Source: Gordius albopunctatus
Lineage: Eukaryota
DNA: 64,000 bases
Assembly (NCBI GenBank): GCA_964276515.1
Contig: OZ193909.1
Coordinates: forward strand, 17,918,001-17,982,000
Direction of reading: 5' to 3'
The notes under the pieces were generated by a model. The model was not told the DNA's origin, made no database searches, and worked only from the letters and a program-made list of their open reading frames with translations. Made by a program: the position numbers and the translations under genes. Every line of letters starts with the position of its first letter. The first letter of the stretch is position 1. Positions 24,149 through 38,800 of this stretch are shown here, piece after piece.

Positions 24149-25319
24149 GTTCCGTCAGACTTGGAAGGCCGGGATATCAATACTCCCTTATTCCATATAA
24201 ACCAAAATGTATACTACAACAAAGACGCAGAATGAAAACCATAGGGCGTCTCCGTTAAGCGACGCGCGCATTCTTCGCCTGGAATGTGTGGGAAATAAAC
24301 GAAGGCTACCGCTCTCTCAACAAACGGAAGCGGTTAAAGACATTAGTTTGCGTAGGATAAAGTTCGGGTCATGGAATATTGGTACAATGACTAGCAAGAG
24401 CAGAGAATTGGCAGACGTTCTAAGGAGGAGAAAAATCGATATCGCTTGTATACAAGAGACCAAATGGAAGGGCGAAAAAGCAAAATACATAGGTGACGGA
24501 TACAAATTATATTTTTACAGTACAGAAACTCGCCGGAATGGCATCGGTATAGTTCTATCGGAAGAATTTCAGCAAACTGTCGTCGACATTAAAAGAATCA
24601 ATGACAGAATCATGGCGATGCAGCTTTTTTATAAATCTACTACGATAAACGTTATATCAACATACGCCCCTCAAAGTGGATGCTCTGAGACGGAAAAAGA
24701 GTCTTTTTGGAAGGAGCTTGAAGATGTTCTATCCTAATTCGGTAAAGAAGGAATAATAATTATCTGAGCGGACCTCAATGGTCACGTGGGAAAATCAAGG
24801 GGAGGATTTGAAAGAAATCACGGTGGTCGGGGTTACGGCCTAAGAAATGAAGGAGGTACGGAAATTCTAGAAATTGTTCAAGCTTTTGACCTAGCTATAG
24901 GAAATACCTTCTTCAAAAAGAGACAGGAACATCTTATAACGTACAAAAGCGGCAGCCGTACCACTCAGATAGATTTCTTTCTAGTCAACAGAGCGCACTT
25001 AAAGTATGTTCAAAATGTTAAGGTAATACCGAGTGAAATATTGGCCTGCCAACACAAGCTGTTGGTGATGGACTTTATATTAAAGGGCCTTAAAGGGCAG
25101 AAGGTACAAAGAGTAGCCGCTACTATACAATGGAGGAAACTAAAGGATAATATTCAACATTTTCAGGAACAAGTAATTAAACATGCTGAATTTAAGGGAA
25201 ATACTTCATGTGAGGATCAATGGAATGGTATAGCTGACACAATGCGAAAAGCGGGACGACAAATACTAGGTGAAAGCAAGCCCACTAAAAATGTTAAGTT
25301 ACGGTTTGGACTTGACTAA
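24149..25319 (+). mobile_element. RTE-clade LINE fragment: 5' UTR remnant + AP endonuclease only
   Basis: ORFs 24207-24737 and 24786-25319 (GSWNIG, IQETKW, YAPQ, QIDF, QH) are homologous to the 17564-19009 ORF. Stops near 24735-24770. No RT or tail follows. Confidence 0.88.
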
Positions 25320-26035
25320 ATAGATTTTATCAAGCGAAAATATTTAATCGGATATCATCTAATCAAAGAGTGCGTCTTATGAAGTAGTTTTGAAACATTC
25401 GGAAGATTTTAAATAGAAGTTTCCTTAAATAAGTATAGAATTTTACCGAGATTCCATCTGAATTTAAAGCAACTTAAGAAGGGGTATTTGATCAGCAGAC
25501 TACAATAATTATTCTCGTTGCCTATTATCAAAGTTATATATTAATTAGAATTAAGTTTTTATTCAAAGTGTTATTAGTTAAATTCGCAAATGCAGGTGGC
25601 TATTTATAAAAAAATAAATTTTTATGTTAAATGGTCAATTTGATTTATCAGCATTTTATTAATATTGAACAATTTTCTGGACAAATAACTCATACAGTTT
25701 ATTAGTATTCATATTTAAAGTAAAGTTTCCAGAAGGCTATTTCAATGTAGTTGCTTTCTGGTTCACTCGTCATTTAGGTCTAATAGAATAATATATAAAT
25801 AGACATCATTTTACTATAACTTTACCCGTAGCATATTGATCAAGACCAGATTCTTTATTGAAATTCAATCTATTAAAAATATGTATTATATGTCATCTTT
25901 GAAATTATTATATAATATTCTAATTTATAGAAATAACCATTTTTACATAATATCAGAGCTTTTTGTTGGGAAACTCGCGCAGGAATTTCGTCGCTGTAAA
26001 TATAGAATTTATCATATAATACAAAAGAGATAGTA

Positions 26036-29000
26036 TTATACAGATTTAAGTGTTGTATTTGATGGCTTAGGGGGAACGTATGGTTTGCTATTTAAGTTCT
26101 GTAGATTGTCGACGTAAATATTGGAGTCCAAATCATTATATTCCTAAGATAAAATTAAATGGAATTTTAAATTTTAGACGTTTATTAATATCCAGCTCAT
26201 GATTAAAATAAATTAGGAAGCTTATACATTAAAATGAATTGTTAAGATTTGGTATTTTGAAATAGTTTTAATATCGTTAAATAAACGGACATCAAACATT
26301 TATGATTTGAGTTACGTTATTATAAGTATTGGATAAATGTGATTCCGAAGTCATCATGAGATTTCTGTTGTTACTTAATTCATGATCTAAACTAAAATAA
26401 GTAATTTATAAATTAGTATTAGTATAATCAGGGCGAAAAATTATCACATTAAATTTGTAACACGGTTTACCTTGAAAGATTATGCCATGAACTTCGCTGC
26501 ATCTATAAAATAAGTTTTGTATAGGTTAGTGTTATATGTTTATTAAAACTTATAACAGCAATTCTTAATTGTGTAATCTAATTAATTATGTTAATTATAA
26601 ATTGTGTTCAAACGCATAATGAAAACTAAACAAAACATTTTTGATAAGCTTATGACAACAAACATATTTTACAAAAATTATGCAAGTACAAATTAAATTT
26701 TTCCAATCGGATTTTATATTCCGAGTTTTTTTTGAGAAAATTGCTTAATGTTTGTTTCCGCTCCCATAATTTAAAAGCATGATTGTTAAAAATACTTGCA
26801 AGCTGAACACATATTTAATTTAAAGTGGTTGAAAATACATTATGTAGCCATTTAAGTATTAAACGGGTATTTTTAATGTCCAAAATAGCGCATGGCAAAC
26901 TTACGTTGGAGGTAGGGAGTTGCTTGCCGCGGGTCCGTTGTATCAAAGCGTTATTAGATTTACCTGTAAAAACGTCAAAAAAATAATGTATACTAAAAAT
27001 GCATAATTTATTCAGTAGGCCTAAAATTTTTTACTTTTAAATTTATTAAATAATCGCGAATAAATATTGATCAATTTAGTTAGTAATATGCATTACATGA
27101 GTTTTCATCCCATTCCTTGTGATTTTTGTGAGCCATGGGAGCCCTGTAAATTAGGAATAATAGATCAAATGATATAAAATAAATAATGATCAAAGTAATA
27201 TTAGCTTAAAATATTGAGAGAATTATTCATGAATCAGGATAGCTCAAGTTTATGGCTTAAATACTTATTTTTTTACAAAAACTGACACAATCAATGCGCA
27301 AGTTGGATTTTTATTAAAGTTCGATATCCATTACTTTACATATCTTCTTCCAAAATTGTGAAATTGTTCCGAATCTGTGTCATTCACATAGTTCTGTTAA
27401 ACAAAATATTTCATTTATATGTCACTATGTATCATAGCTTTTCAACATTTTGTGTTAACTTACGTGTGATATGTGGGGAGCATTGTATTGACTGGGTATG
27501 CCTATATATGTTTTGTTTGACATAAGGTATTATTTAATACATTGTTGATGAAAAATGTAAGATATAAACATGGGCATAGCCAGGATTGGAATTAGAGGGG
27601 GGGCAATAATGATTTAGGGAGAGGTAAAATTTCAGTCATAATTATAATAAAATTTCACCAAGTTTTGAAGTTAGAGGAGGGCAGCCGCTTCTTCCTGCCC
27701 CCCCCCGGCTACGCCTATGGATCTAAAATACAAGCAATATTATTTGTATTTTATTAAAATTCAATGCCCCAGCAAGCCCACTTGACAAAAACCATCATAA
27801 CAATTGACACTGGCCATGAATCCAGGCTTAAGCTAAGATACATAATTGTTGTAGGGCATAAACATGGGGGGGGGGGGGGCAGGAAGGGGTTGCCTACCTC
27901 CTCTATAATTTAAAGATTCTTAATTTATTAAAATTGAGGCTAAAATTCCAAACTGATCATGTTGCAACTCCCAAATTAAATATCAAATTATTTGCTTCAC
28001 CCCCCTCCCCACCCTTTTTTAAAATCGTGTTACACATGTTTATGCCGCTCATAAATACTACCCATTATAATATTTTGACTAAATGACTTAAAATTTTAAT
28101 ATTAATTAAATATTAGTTTAGAGATTATGTCTTCAGACACTTTTTTCGAGCAAAACTCTTCCTGGATTTAAAAATATTAAAACAGGCTAAGTTCGGGCTG
28201 AGTTGGAAAAGCTAAGTGATCAGCTTATAAATTTTAACGAATCTGACGGATCTTTAATTATTTCATTTTGTAAATATGGTGCTTGGGATATTGGCCATAG
28301 TTTGTAATTTTTTTGTTAGCAATAATAAAAAAATTATAAGTTGAAAATTATTTCGAAGGCATAGTTTAGGATAATTAGCTTTAATTATATTGTGGTGGGA
28401 ATATGATGTAAAACTTTATTAGCCATTTTGTAATTTGTACATATTAACCTTAATTATTAATTTTTTCAAAGTTTGCTTTTGAAGCTTATAATTGTGGGAA
28501 AATAAAAGTTATAAAACTATTAAGTTTTAAATAATATATGCTATTATGCTTAATAATAAAAATACGATTATATATTTACGTTGACTAGTTGCGCCTGCAT
28601 GATTGAGATTTTTGTATATTCCATTTTGAGAGGTGGACACCAAATGATCTACATTATCTGGTAGACCATGCAAAAAGCCCAGTAGCTTTTCGCTTTTATC
28701 TATAATTTCATCTGGAATGGTCATCCAATTCGGTCTCACGGGTTTAGGGCTATGAGATCTAATGGATTGTGGTGGCGAATTTACCAGCCTAATGCCGGGG
28801 CCATGCAAACGTAAAATGGTACGATTTATTTTTTTAAATAAATTTCGCCCCGCATCGCCATATTTCATGGGAACGCTATATATAGGGTTAGATCTAGTTT
28901 GATAATTCCTTTCATAAGAGGAATCTCTGGATTTATTCATGTCTGGACTTTGATGATGGTAGTCATTTCTAATGTAAAATCCATTTTTTTGATTCCTGTC

Positions 29001-32000
29001 CATATGTGAATGATCGCTGGATTGCGGTTCGCAATAATTTTGGTAAATTTGCTCGTTGCAAACCATTGGTTCGGGCGGTGGCGAAGGTCTTTCAAAAGGT
29101 CTTCGACCCCTACAGTCATATTCCATGTCACTCTCATATTTGTAATCAAAACCTCGCCCACCATGATGGCTCTCTTCGAGTAAAAAATTATCCGATTGGC
29201 TCCGGCCCATTGCAGAAGCAAAGCTGTTGCGCTCCCCGTTTACATATCCATTGTCATAATAGTTTGCTGCCCTACGTCGACGGGCTGATGTATCCTCATT
29301 ATCTAATAGATCTTCATAGGAGTGTCGTGGACGCGGTTGTCTATAATAATCCTTGAGTGGTGGCGGGTTGCAATTGACATAATGATTATTGTCACTTTCA
29401 TAGTAAATGTCCTCATTGGGTGGGGGTAAATGTTGATTATCAAAATTTTCGCAGCACTGATCGTTCAAGTGTTCGTACGATTTAAGAACCCTAGGGGACG
29501 TATAACAAGGCGTATGATTGTCGTAGCTTTCACCTCTAAGCTCTCTAAACTCCTTTAATTGAGCGTGAGAGTTCCTTCTATAACAAGAATTCGCTATAGG
29601 TCTGTTCCTTTTAGGACCGACTACGAATGAGGATGGTCTATAATGTGTGTCCGGTTTCACATTATCGTCCCTATCAAATCGACTTCCCGCATAATTTTGC
29701 GCGCGATTAATTGGTTCGTGGATGTTTCTATGGGGCGGGGTGCTGAAAGAATTGTGAGTGGGACGACCGAAATTAGGGAACGGTGAGTGAATTTCAGCGT
29801 TGTAGGGGGAATTTGGTGCGTTGTGACGTGAAGCGTTACTGCTGGAATATGAGGAAAAGTAGCCGCGAGACGATGAAGAATTAGATTCGGGGTATAATAT
29901 AGGTTCTTCCGTATTTCGATTCTCTGATTGAGATATCGTTTCCTTTTGCATGGCTCCGGAACGTTTAGCGTTAGCTTCGGACCTTAGGCTAGACATCTTT
30001 TTGGCGGTGCAAGAGTTGGCGGTTAGTTTATTGGCGGCGTTCGCGTTGCCCCTTTGCGATTGAAAATAATCGAGGTACTTATGAAATTCTTGATACCTTG
30101 TCCTATTGCACATGGTTCCAGTAGGTGATTTAGACGGGTTGGTTGATTGAGTTTGTTGTGATCGCAATTGTGGGACGAGAGGATTCGCTATGTTATCGTC
30201 GCAGTTCGATTCGGAATCTGTGTTTGAAAATGATCTACGCGGGAATACAGGGGTTCCACCAGCAATTGGGTCAAGTTTGATGCATTTTGCATTACCATCG
30301 ATGGATTTGAATAATTGATTAAAAGGTATTTTTTCCTAACATAAGAATATTTATATATTCTAATAACAACTAAAATAATTTGATACTCATTAAAAATGAT
30401 AAAAACCTTATTTTTAATTTAGCGCGTTCAAAAAAAAATGCGCGAAACCGAGGGTAGAAAGTGAGGCTTGTTTAATTAAAAAAATTTAATCCGATTTTCA
30501 ATCTCACCCCCCCCCGTCTATGTTGTGCTACCTCTAATCTTGATACCCTACTATATCTCTCTACCTCTATAGGTAGTATAGAAACGACAATGCGCGCTTA
30601 GTTTTAATGCGTAAGATTGCTCACGCTTTCAGATTTAACTTGCCACCCAGAGGGAATCTAGCACGACAGTTATAAAATGAAATGATAAACTAATTTCTGT
30701 CCCACATAAAAAATCATTCCCAGTTTTGACTGTGTGTCGCTCGGCAATGGAAAATAGGCAAGAGAAAACTCTTTATAAATTAAATTAAGGAAGGATAGGG
30801 AAGGGGGGGTATGAACAATGCTAGCCTTTTTATATACCTTCCTAGCTACCTATGTACAGACAGACACACATTCAGTTGGATTTAACGGGGCCCGCGCTGC
30901 AGAAGGCCAAATATCTGATGAGATTAACGAAAGCTCCAACTTTCTCTCTCCCCTAACCTACCTTCGCGGAGTTGTTTGTTGAAATATAATTTATTAAATC
31001 TTACTTGAGGGCTGCGATTGACAGCAAAAATAATTAAATTTCTCGTCGCTTCTAGATTAATAGAAATGCGATTGTAGTAGAGGCTTAGAACTTGCTTGAT
31101 TCCGTCCGATTTACTTTAAATCCACATACTATATATAATTAAAGGAGTGTGAACTTTTTTTTTATAACGTGGGTCGAGGCCAAGTTAGCGACCTTGACTA
31201 AATTTTGCTTTTGACAAAATTACGAATACAATAGCTGCAGACCTTATGATATATTGCATTTATGTGCACCTTTTTAAGGATATTAATTTATTTAGTTTTA
31301 TAAAAAAATGAAGTAAAAATAATAATGGGAGAAGAAATTTATAAAAGATTTTTATATGTTGATTTAATAAGATTTAAATGTCTTAATTTTAAAACCATCC
31401 AATTAAAAAAATCAATAATTAAATTCACAATACTTGATTTGTATTAAGTTTTGGTCAAAATACTGATTAAATTTCAAACATTTGGGTTTTATATTTGAAT
31501 AGCCATTTCGTGTTGATGTTATACGATAACATACATAATAATTTTATGAAAAATAGAAAATATTGGAAAACTAATTTTCGATAACTTTCTTTGGTTACAG
31601 TTTTAAAAATTAAGACAAAAGAAAGTAAAATGTGCCAAATTATCATAGAAAAAAATTTTAAGAACAATTTTAAAAATATAATACCATAATAATCTGTATT
31701 TTGTGAATTCATATTTAGTAAAATTACTATAAAAAAATCATAAATAACTAATAGATAAACTTAAATATAGGCATATGAGTTGTGTAATTGACAATTCGCA
31801 TATATATATTTGCTAGCATTTAAAGGTATTGCTTTTTTCTAGTGCTGTAGACATTTGTAAAAAAAATCGACAACGTTCATTGACAAAAATCGAACGCGTT
31901 CACGTTCACGTTCGTCTAAAAAGAAAAGGAACGCGTTCACGTTCGTTCAAAATTTTATGATACATTTTTTTAAAGTTTAATTTAATATAAATAAATGTCT

Positions 32001-33797
32001 TATATTTTTTAATAAAATAAATAGCCATGATAAAAAATAATAGTTTTATTTCGACAATATAATTATAAATCAATATAATCTATTTTCTTATTTATTTTTA
32101 ATAATTGTTTTTCAAAATTGTCTTCTGATAAGCAGGAACGCTTGGCAGTTAATACAGCATTAGCTATACTAAAAACCTGCTCCACAGGGGCAGATGAGGG
32201 GATTGGAGTATTATACTTAATAAACAAATTTTTTAAAGGAGGAAATTTATTAAAAACTTTTAATGTTTTGTCCCTCGCTTCAAAAAATTGCGACAAGATA
32301 TCATCCTCCAATGCGCCCTCTACTTCCTCGCCAAAAATGATATCTCGGAATCGACAGCTCTTTCATTATCAATTCTAGGGGTTTCAATCCCTTTTTTCAA
32401 TAACAATAAAAGTTTATTCTTTATAAGTTCATTTTAATTATTGAATTTGATCTTTTATATGAAACGAGTGAAAAATATTTTTCATATTTTGGCCATGGCA
32501 ATTTCAATTCATCTGCTGATTTTGAATATTCAGAATCTGAAGATGACGACGATATAATATTATAATTGTCCATATTAACCTATAAATTAAACTATAATTA
32601 ATAATATCAAACTAATTAACTTTAATCTTATCTTCTTTTGCACGTTATAGTATGTTAAAAGTATTTCGGAATTGCTAATAGGAAACAGGAAAAACAGCTG
32701 ATTAAAAAATATAATACTTTTTTGTTAAAAATTCGGATTGACATTAATTTTCAAATAAATAAAAACAAAAAAGGGTTTTAAAATTGAACGAACGTTAAAT
32801 TCGAAAGCGTTCATCAAAAAAGGAACGCGTTCACGTTCAAAGTTCACCAAAAAATAAAAGAAAGCCGTTCATGAACGCATTCATAAAATTTGAACGCGTT
32901 CACTTACAGCACTACTTTTTTCTATATCCTACCTTTACAAATTTTGTGGGAACCACTATTTTAAGCCAGGGGTAAGTAAAAGGGGTATATGCTTGTACCC
33001 CTCCTCAATTTCAAAAAAATAATATTATGTAAAAAACAATTTTTAAAAAAATCATTATTTCTTTCATCTCCAATCGATTAACTTTAATCAATACCTAGGC
33101 CTGGCTAGGCCCATGCAATAACATAGTGAAAGTTAAGTTTTTCATAATATAATTAGTTCTATTTTGCGGCTTAATTAATTGCATACACTGTTTTAAAAAA
33201 TACACATAAAATAAACGGAGCTCAAAAGCCAAGCTGCAAATTTTTTGCTATAACTGAAATAGGTTCGACAAAATAGCAAAATTAGAACTTGCTTAGCACC
33301 TACTTCCTTTTAAATGCTGACAAAGCCATTATAGCCTACTATTTTATTTTATTGTAAAAGTGGTTCGGACATTAATTAAAGATATAGATTGAAACTATTT
33401 AAAAATATTAAATGTCGTGAAAAATGGTTACAGATTTTTATGTATGTATTTCTATTTTAATAAGATTTAAAATATTATTTTCATCCGAATAAAAAAGATA
33501 TCATAAAATTTACATTATTTCTCTTACATTAATTTAATAGATAAATTTAGCGCACATTTTAAGATTTAAGTCCTCAATTAAATAATAAAAACTGCTTTAT
33601 TGCTATTCAAAACAAATTTGTATTAATGCAAAATACTTTTAAAAAATTTAAACATTAAAAATGGTTGTAAAATTGTAAAATTAATTATTTTAAATAGATT
33701 TTACTTTCTCATTTTCTGGATCCAATTTAAACCTAACGGATCTTTTTGGGGAATCGCTATTAATCGAATCACAATTAAGATCAGAAGCACAAACCAT
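26036..33797 (-). CDS. Orphan, largely low-complexity protein (~793 aa), 11-exon model: 33797-33705, 33335-33304, 31113-31005, 30335-28580, 27501-27464, 27393-27335, 27143-27097, 26963-26905, 26502-26471, 26364-26316, 26143-26036
   Basis: A 1756-nt open exon containing the 546-aa ORF, plus small GT-AG exons whose phases chain into one frame. No recognised family. The small-exon boundaries are less certain. Confidence 0.7.
27569..27719. mobile_element. CATGGGCGTAGCCAG-family MITE with 8-bp TSD
   Basis: Termini CATGGGCATAGCC / GGCTACGCCTATG. Flanks GATATAAA / GATCTAAA suggest hAT mobilisation. Confidence 0.75.
31840..32914 (-). mobile_element. Internally deleted hAT transposon carrying a C-terminal dimerisation-domain remnant
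   Basis: TIR TAGTGCTGTA/TACAGCACTA. Perfect TSD CTTTTTTC (31832-31839, 32915-32922). ORF 32063-32311 reads FPPLKNLFIKYNTPIPSSAPVEQVFS...LSEDNFE. Sub-terminal GAACGCGTTC palindromes. Confidence 0.93.
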
Positions 33798-35823
33798 GTT
33801 TTTAAATTTTTTTTTGTAAATTTTACGAAAAGTAAATTTGCAAAATTTATTGTATATTAAATAATATTAGTGTGAGACAAAATTATGGTCGACGTTGAAA
33901 AGGCCCAATTATTTATTCGTAAGGGCCTAAGGCAATTTAAGGGTTATTTCAAAAGTCAAGAATGTTCCCAAATATTTAGTATACATGTTTTGTCTACTTG
34001 GGGCCTTTTTATTATAAAAAATAATGGGCAGACTTAATTAAACTTAAATTTATAACATTAATTACACATTGTTGTCAATTCAATTTAAACAAAACTCTTA
34101 AAAGTCTAGTTTTTAATAATTATGCAAAAATATATTAAGTCAAAATTTAAAAAATAGTTGTTGCGCTTTTATCGTAAAATCGCCCATATGATTCTTTAAT
34201 ACGTTCGAATAAACAATGTATACTATCTTTACGACATGACTCACTTTTTACCCTGAAAAACTTATTTTTCAATAAAGCTTCATAGCCTTTTCTTAAAATT
34301 AACAAAAAATAATCTAATTTTGCAACTCATAACAAATAAAGGAAAATAAGTTATAAGATAAAGAGGCGAGGACTATTGGATTTATTGAAAATGGGTTTTT
34401 GGTCGCGGTTTTTCTTAATCGATCTCTAGGCTTAGTCGAAATTTGGAAAACAAACCAGAAGTGACCGTTTATTAATTCGATACCACAAACATCCTTCCAT
34501 ACCCTCTATTAATTTCATCAAGACTTTAGCAAATATAATAGCATGGGAGCTGAAAAGGTCAACTAATCCCCCAAAAATTATCTTTTAATTTTAGAAATAT
34601 TATAAATCAGCTGGCTCCTATATAGTTACCAAATTTTGTCTACCCTAGCATACTCAAAATCTGGTCACGCTACGGCCACGTATGGTTAGAGAGTCATTGA
34701 CTAAGTTACAACGTTTTAAGAAATAATTCGCGAGCAAGATTATCAATGACCATATTACCACTTATAAATGCTATATGGATTTCCATGGTAGACATTTAAA
34801 GCGACATTTGGTGTTTACTAATAGGTTAACATATATTTTTTTAAATCACGAATTTAGTGAAAATAAATTCGATTGACAAAGAAGATCTTTAAAGGAGTAC
34901 GGTATAGCTAGGGTCCTCTATAGAAGGAGGACAAAAAAGGGAACAATCTATGCAGGGGAAAAACTTTCTTTTTTTAATTTTTGTCCATGTATGGGATTCT
35001 ATGTTCAGATTTTAATGGGTTTATTGGCCTATTTGTATAAAAATTTAAATTAACGGTCCCGGCCCGTTAAGTATTACCCGTGCCCGGCCCACTACCTGGG
35101 CCCTTCCCAAAACATTATTTTCTATTTTGCTGCTTTTAAATGCAAATTTTGCCCATATAGTTCGAAAAAAAATTTAGAAAATTTTATGGGGGGGGGGGGG
35201 GGTTCTAACCCGAAAAGTTTTTAAATTATATTTTAACCGAAATGCATACTCTTTGACCGCTGATTAAAATTTATAAAAGCACTTATCCAGTCTTCTAACC
35301 AGTCCTATCAATGATCATTTCATTTAGAAAGGGCGAGCCATCTCACAGTTTATTGTTTGTTAGATCAAATTTGTGATTTTAGGCCCGTCTAATAATGTCT
35401 GTGCTTTATGGTTTGTAAATTTAATTAATATTTAACTCTTCAATAAGTTTAAAAAAGTTTATTTGATGTCTATAAAGTATTACAACGTTAGTCTGGGGCG
35501 TATTTATCTATTCATTTACTATAGTTAATGAAGATGATGTGTTAATGGGGAGCTTTTAGCAATCAAATTTAAAGAAATTAAATAATTACTTTTATGCTGG
35601 CAATTTGAAATATAGTTTGAAAATTAAAATATGCTCAGTAGAATTGGGTATTTTTAAAGTTAAGTCTTATTTTACCACTTTTTAGATAATTACTTTTTGA
35701 AGAAAACAAAAGGAAATATACTTAACTAAATTGTTATACGTTTTCTTTGCTATGTGTAAAATAGTAAACTGCCTTAATTTGAAAATTCTCGAGGAGAGTC
35801 CTTGACGTTTTAATTAGATCAAA

Positions 35824-38800
35824 ATGGCACTTTCTCATCTAATTTATCTAACATCCATAGTAACCAGTTCAAGTAAATAATATATTTATTTACCTAAATG
35901 AAATTAATAAAGTATCAACCCCCAAACTTGTAGCTTACGCTACAATTCAACCTCCTAGTAAAAATCTCGTGGAAGTTGAAACTTTCAAAAACATTAGTCC
36001 ATTGGGCATTAGCGGAGTGGCTGTAAAAATTACCTCTTACCCATTCGTAGTTTCAATTCGAGAACATGATAAATTCATGTGTTCTGGAATCATTCTAGAT
36101 TCCAACATGATTATAAGCACGGCACACTGTATGAAACCAAAGTAAGTAACATTTAATTTTGTCATTAACTTATTTGAGCTATAAATACATATTTATCATG
36201 AAATTCGTAAAAGTTGGAGTGAAGTATTTATTTATTTTTATATAAAATATGCGAAATTGTTTGCATTTGTTCAAAGTACTCTGCCTTGATAGTTTTTTTT
36301 ATTGAATTAGAGTAAAGTTTTGAGGTTTTCCGTATGAAATTAAATCACTAGGTGATAATGTTGAATAAAGGGGACGATTTTTAAACATTTACAGGTTTTA
36401 AGTTTTTATATACGGGCAGATTTAAAAAAAACTTCTTTTTATAATTCGGCACTCATCAAAATTTAATATAAAAATTGATAAATTTAAGCCATTTTTTTTA
36501 TTAAAAATGAGAAAAACGCCTCGGGATTATATAAAAAAAACGATTATATTATGGCTATGTGGAATCATGTAGTGTAAAATATAAGCTAGAATATTAAGTT
36601 GGTTAAGCCATTTTTAATGGAAATTAGATAATTTATCACAATATTAAACTAACGAGACGTCTGCACAAATTTTATAAATAAGATTCCGATTTAATAATTA
36701 AGAATGAACATATGCAGTATGCTTTAACCTCAAAAAATAATATCGTCAACACATGAGCGTAGCCAGGATTGGGATTAGAGGGGGGGCCAATAATGATTCA
36801 AGGAGGGGCAAAATGATCATTTTATAAAATTTTGGCCATAATTTTAACCCAGCCCCCCCCCCTTAATTTAAAAAAAAAAAGATCAAATTTCAATACAAAA
36901 AATCATAAAAATTAAATAAAAATTATGTTTTGCCCCCCCCCCCCCCCTATTTAAACTTAACTCAAATTAATACATTTTTTTGCTGGCAGGAACAATTTTG
37001 GATAGTCAAGCAAAAAAATTAATAATCTGCCCCCCCCCCCTAATTCAAAACCTGGGTACGCCCATGGTTAAAATCTTACTAACGTCACATGTTTCGTTTA
37101 AACATACGTGTTTACCTGCGCTTAGAGTGCCTTTACAAATCTACACTGTCCACGTAGGCAGGACAAAAAAGTATGGAGTCGAAGCGAAGGAGCAAGTCTT
37201 TAAAGTCATCAAAACGTTAAGGCATCCAGATTTCAACAGAGGAGTGTCTTACAACAATGATATTGTTTTGATTAAGTTGAATGCCACCATAAAATTCAAT
37301 GCCTTGGCACAACCGGCTAAGCTGGCATCTGCTAATGAGATTCTCCCAGCTAACACTTATTGTTGCGTAGTCGGATGGGGAAATACCTTAGGTAATTTAA
37401 TTAATTTAAATTAAGTCTTTTTATATGTTTGCAAAAATAATCTTTAATTAAATTAATCTGAATTGCTCTGTGGTTAAGAGAAATGAATACATAAACTATT
37501 AATAATCTAATTCTTTTAGATAAAAAAAACACATTCATAAATTTATCAGTTGGTTGTTATATATAAAATATTAAACGCCGTTTTGGAAATAATTATCACT
37601 ACAGTCAAAACTTCTTAATCGCAAATCGGATTATCGCGAAATCTTTTAATCGCGAAGTTAACCGCCATTTTGTTTTTTTAACGATAATATTAGCAAAAAC
37701 ATCTTAATAGTACAATATCGGATATTCACAAACATTTTTGAGTCCTTTAATCAACCATACAATTATATAAAATATCGTTTTATCGCTAAGCGTATGTCTT
37801 TATATATTTAATATTTTCTATTTTTCCATCGTTTAATCGCAAAATATCGGTTAATCTCGAATTTTTAATTCAAGCCCAAGGCTTTGCAATTAAACGGTTT
37901 TGACTATAACATAAGTTATACAAATACAAGATCATTGAATTCTTTAAACCAAAAATTATCTTAATTTGAAATTTGTTGGCATAGGCTATGGCCATCCAAA
38001 TCTTTTAAACGAAGGATGTTTCCCAACTTGGGATATTCAAAGATGCAATGATTCAGATAACTACGACGGCAGAATATCTCGTAATATGCTTTGCGCGGGT
38101 GAAGAAAATGGTATTGACGCTTGTAGAGTAAAATAATATACACCATTATATAATCCTTATTATTTATAAATTTAATAAGTGTGTATATTTTTCCATTAAT
38201 TTTCAGAATCGTATAATTCACTTTTATTTAATTTTGTGACAGAAAACTTCAATAAATTAGGTGGTTTACCTTAATATAAACACGACAATAAATATCTTCG
38301 ATATAAATATCTAAAAATTAAATTTTGGCTAGTAAGACAATTTGCGATTCGACTAGTCTAAGTTTCGTATATATTTTTTGACTGTAATATTTCTCAGGTG
38401 CAGATTAAATATGGCTTATCATTATGTAGTTTTCGAAATAACACCCATTGTTAAAATGTGACTATGGGGATAATCTCTGATGCGGGACTAAATTAAAAAG
38501 CTCATAATGCTTATATAAAACATGTCTAAAGATATTAGGTAAGTAACCAAAAAAAAGATTTTAAAATATAAAAAAACATTTTAATAATAATAACAGCGTG
38601 TCATGTACTAGCGACAAACTCATCGAGATTAGATTTTATAAGATTAAGATGCATAGGCGTAGCCAAGGGGGGTGGGAGGCAGGGAGGAGCGGTTGCCCCC
38701 TCTAAATCCAAAAATTTGTTGAAATTTATTAAAATTATGGCTAAAATTTAAAAAAATATTCATTTTGCCCCTCCCTAAATAATTATTGCCCCCCCTCTAG

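Noticed and set aside
26036..26050. C-terminal LKSV as a PDZ ligand
   Set aside because: Position -2 is Lys, not Ser/Thr or hydrophobic.
30911..30980. CTGATGAG-ATTAA-CGAAA, a minimal hammerhead core look-alike
   Set aside because: Stems I and III with a proper NUH site could not be built in either the type I or type III topology.
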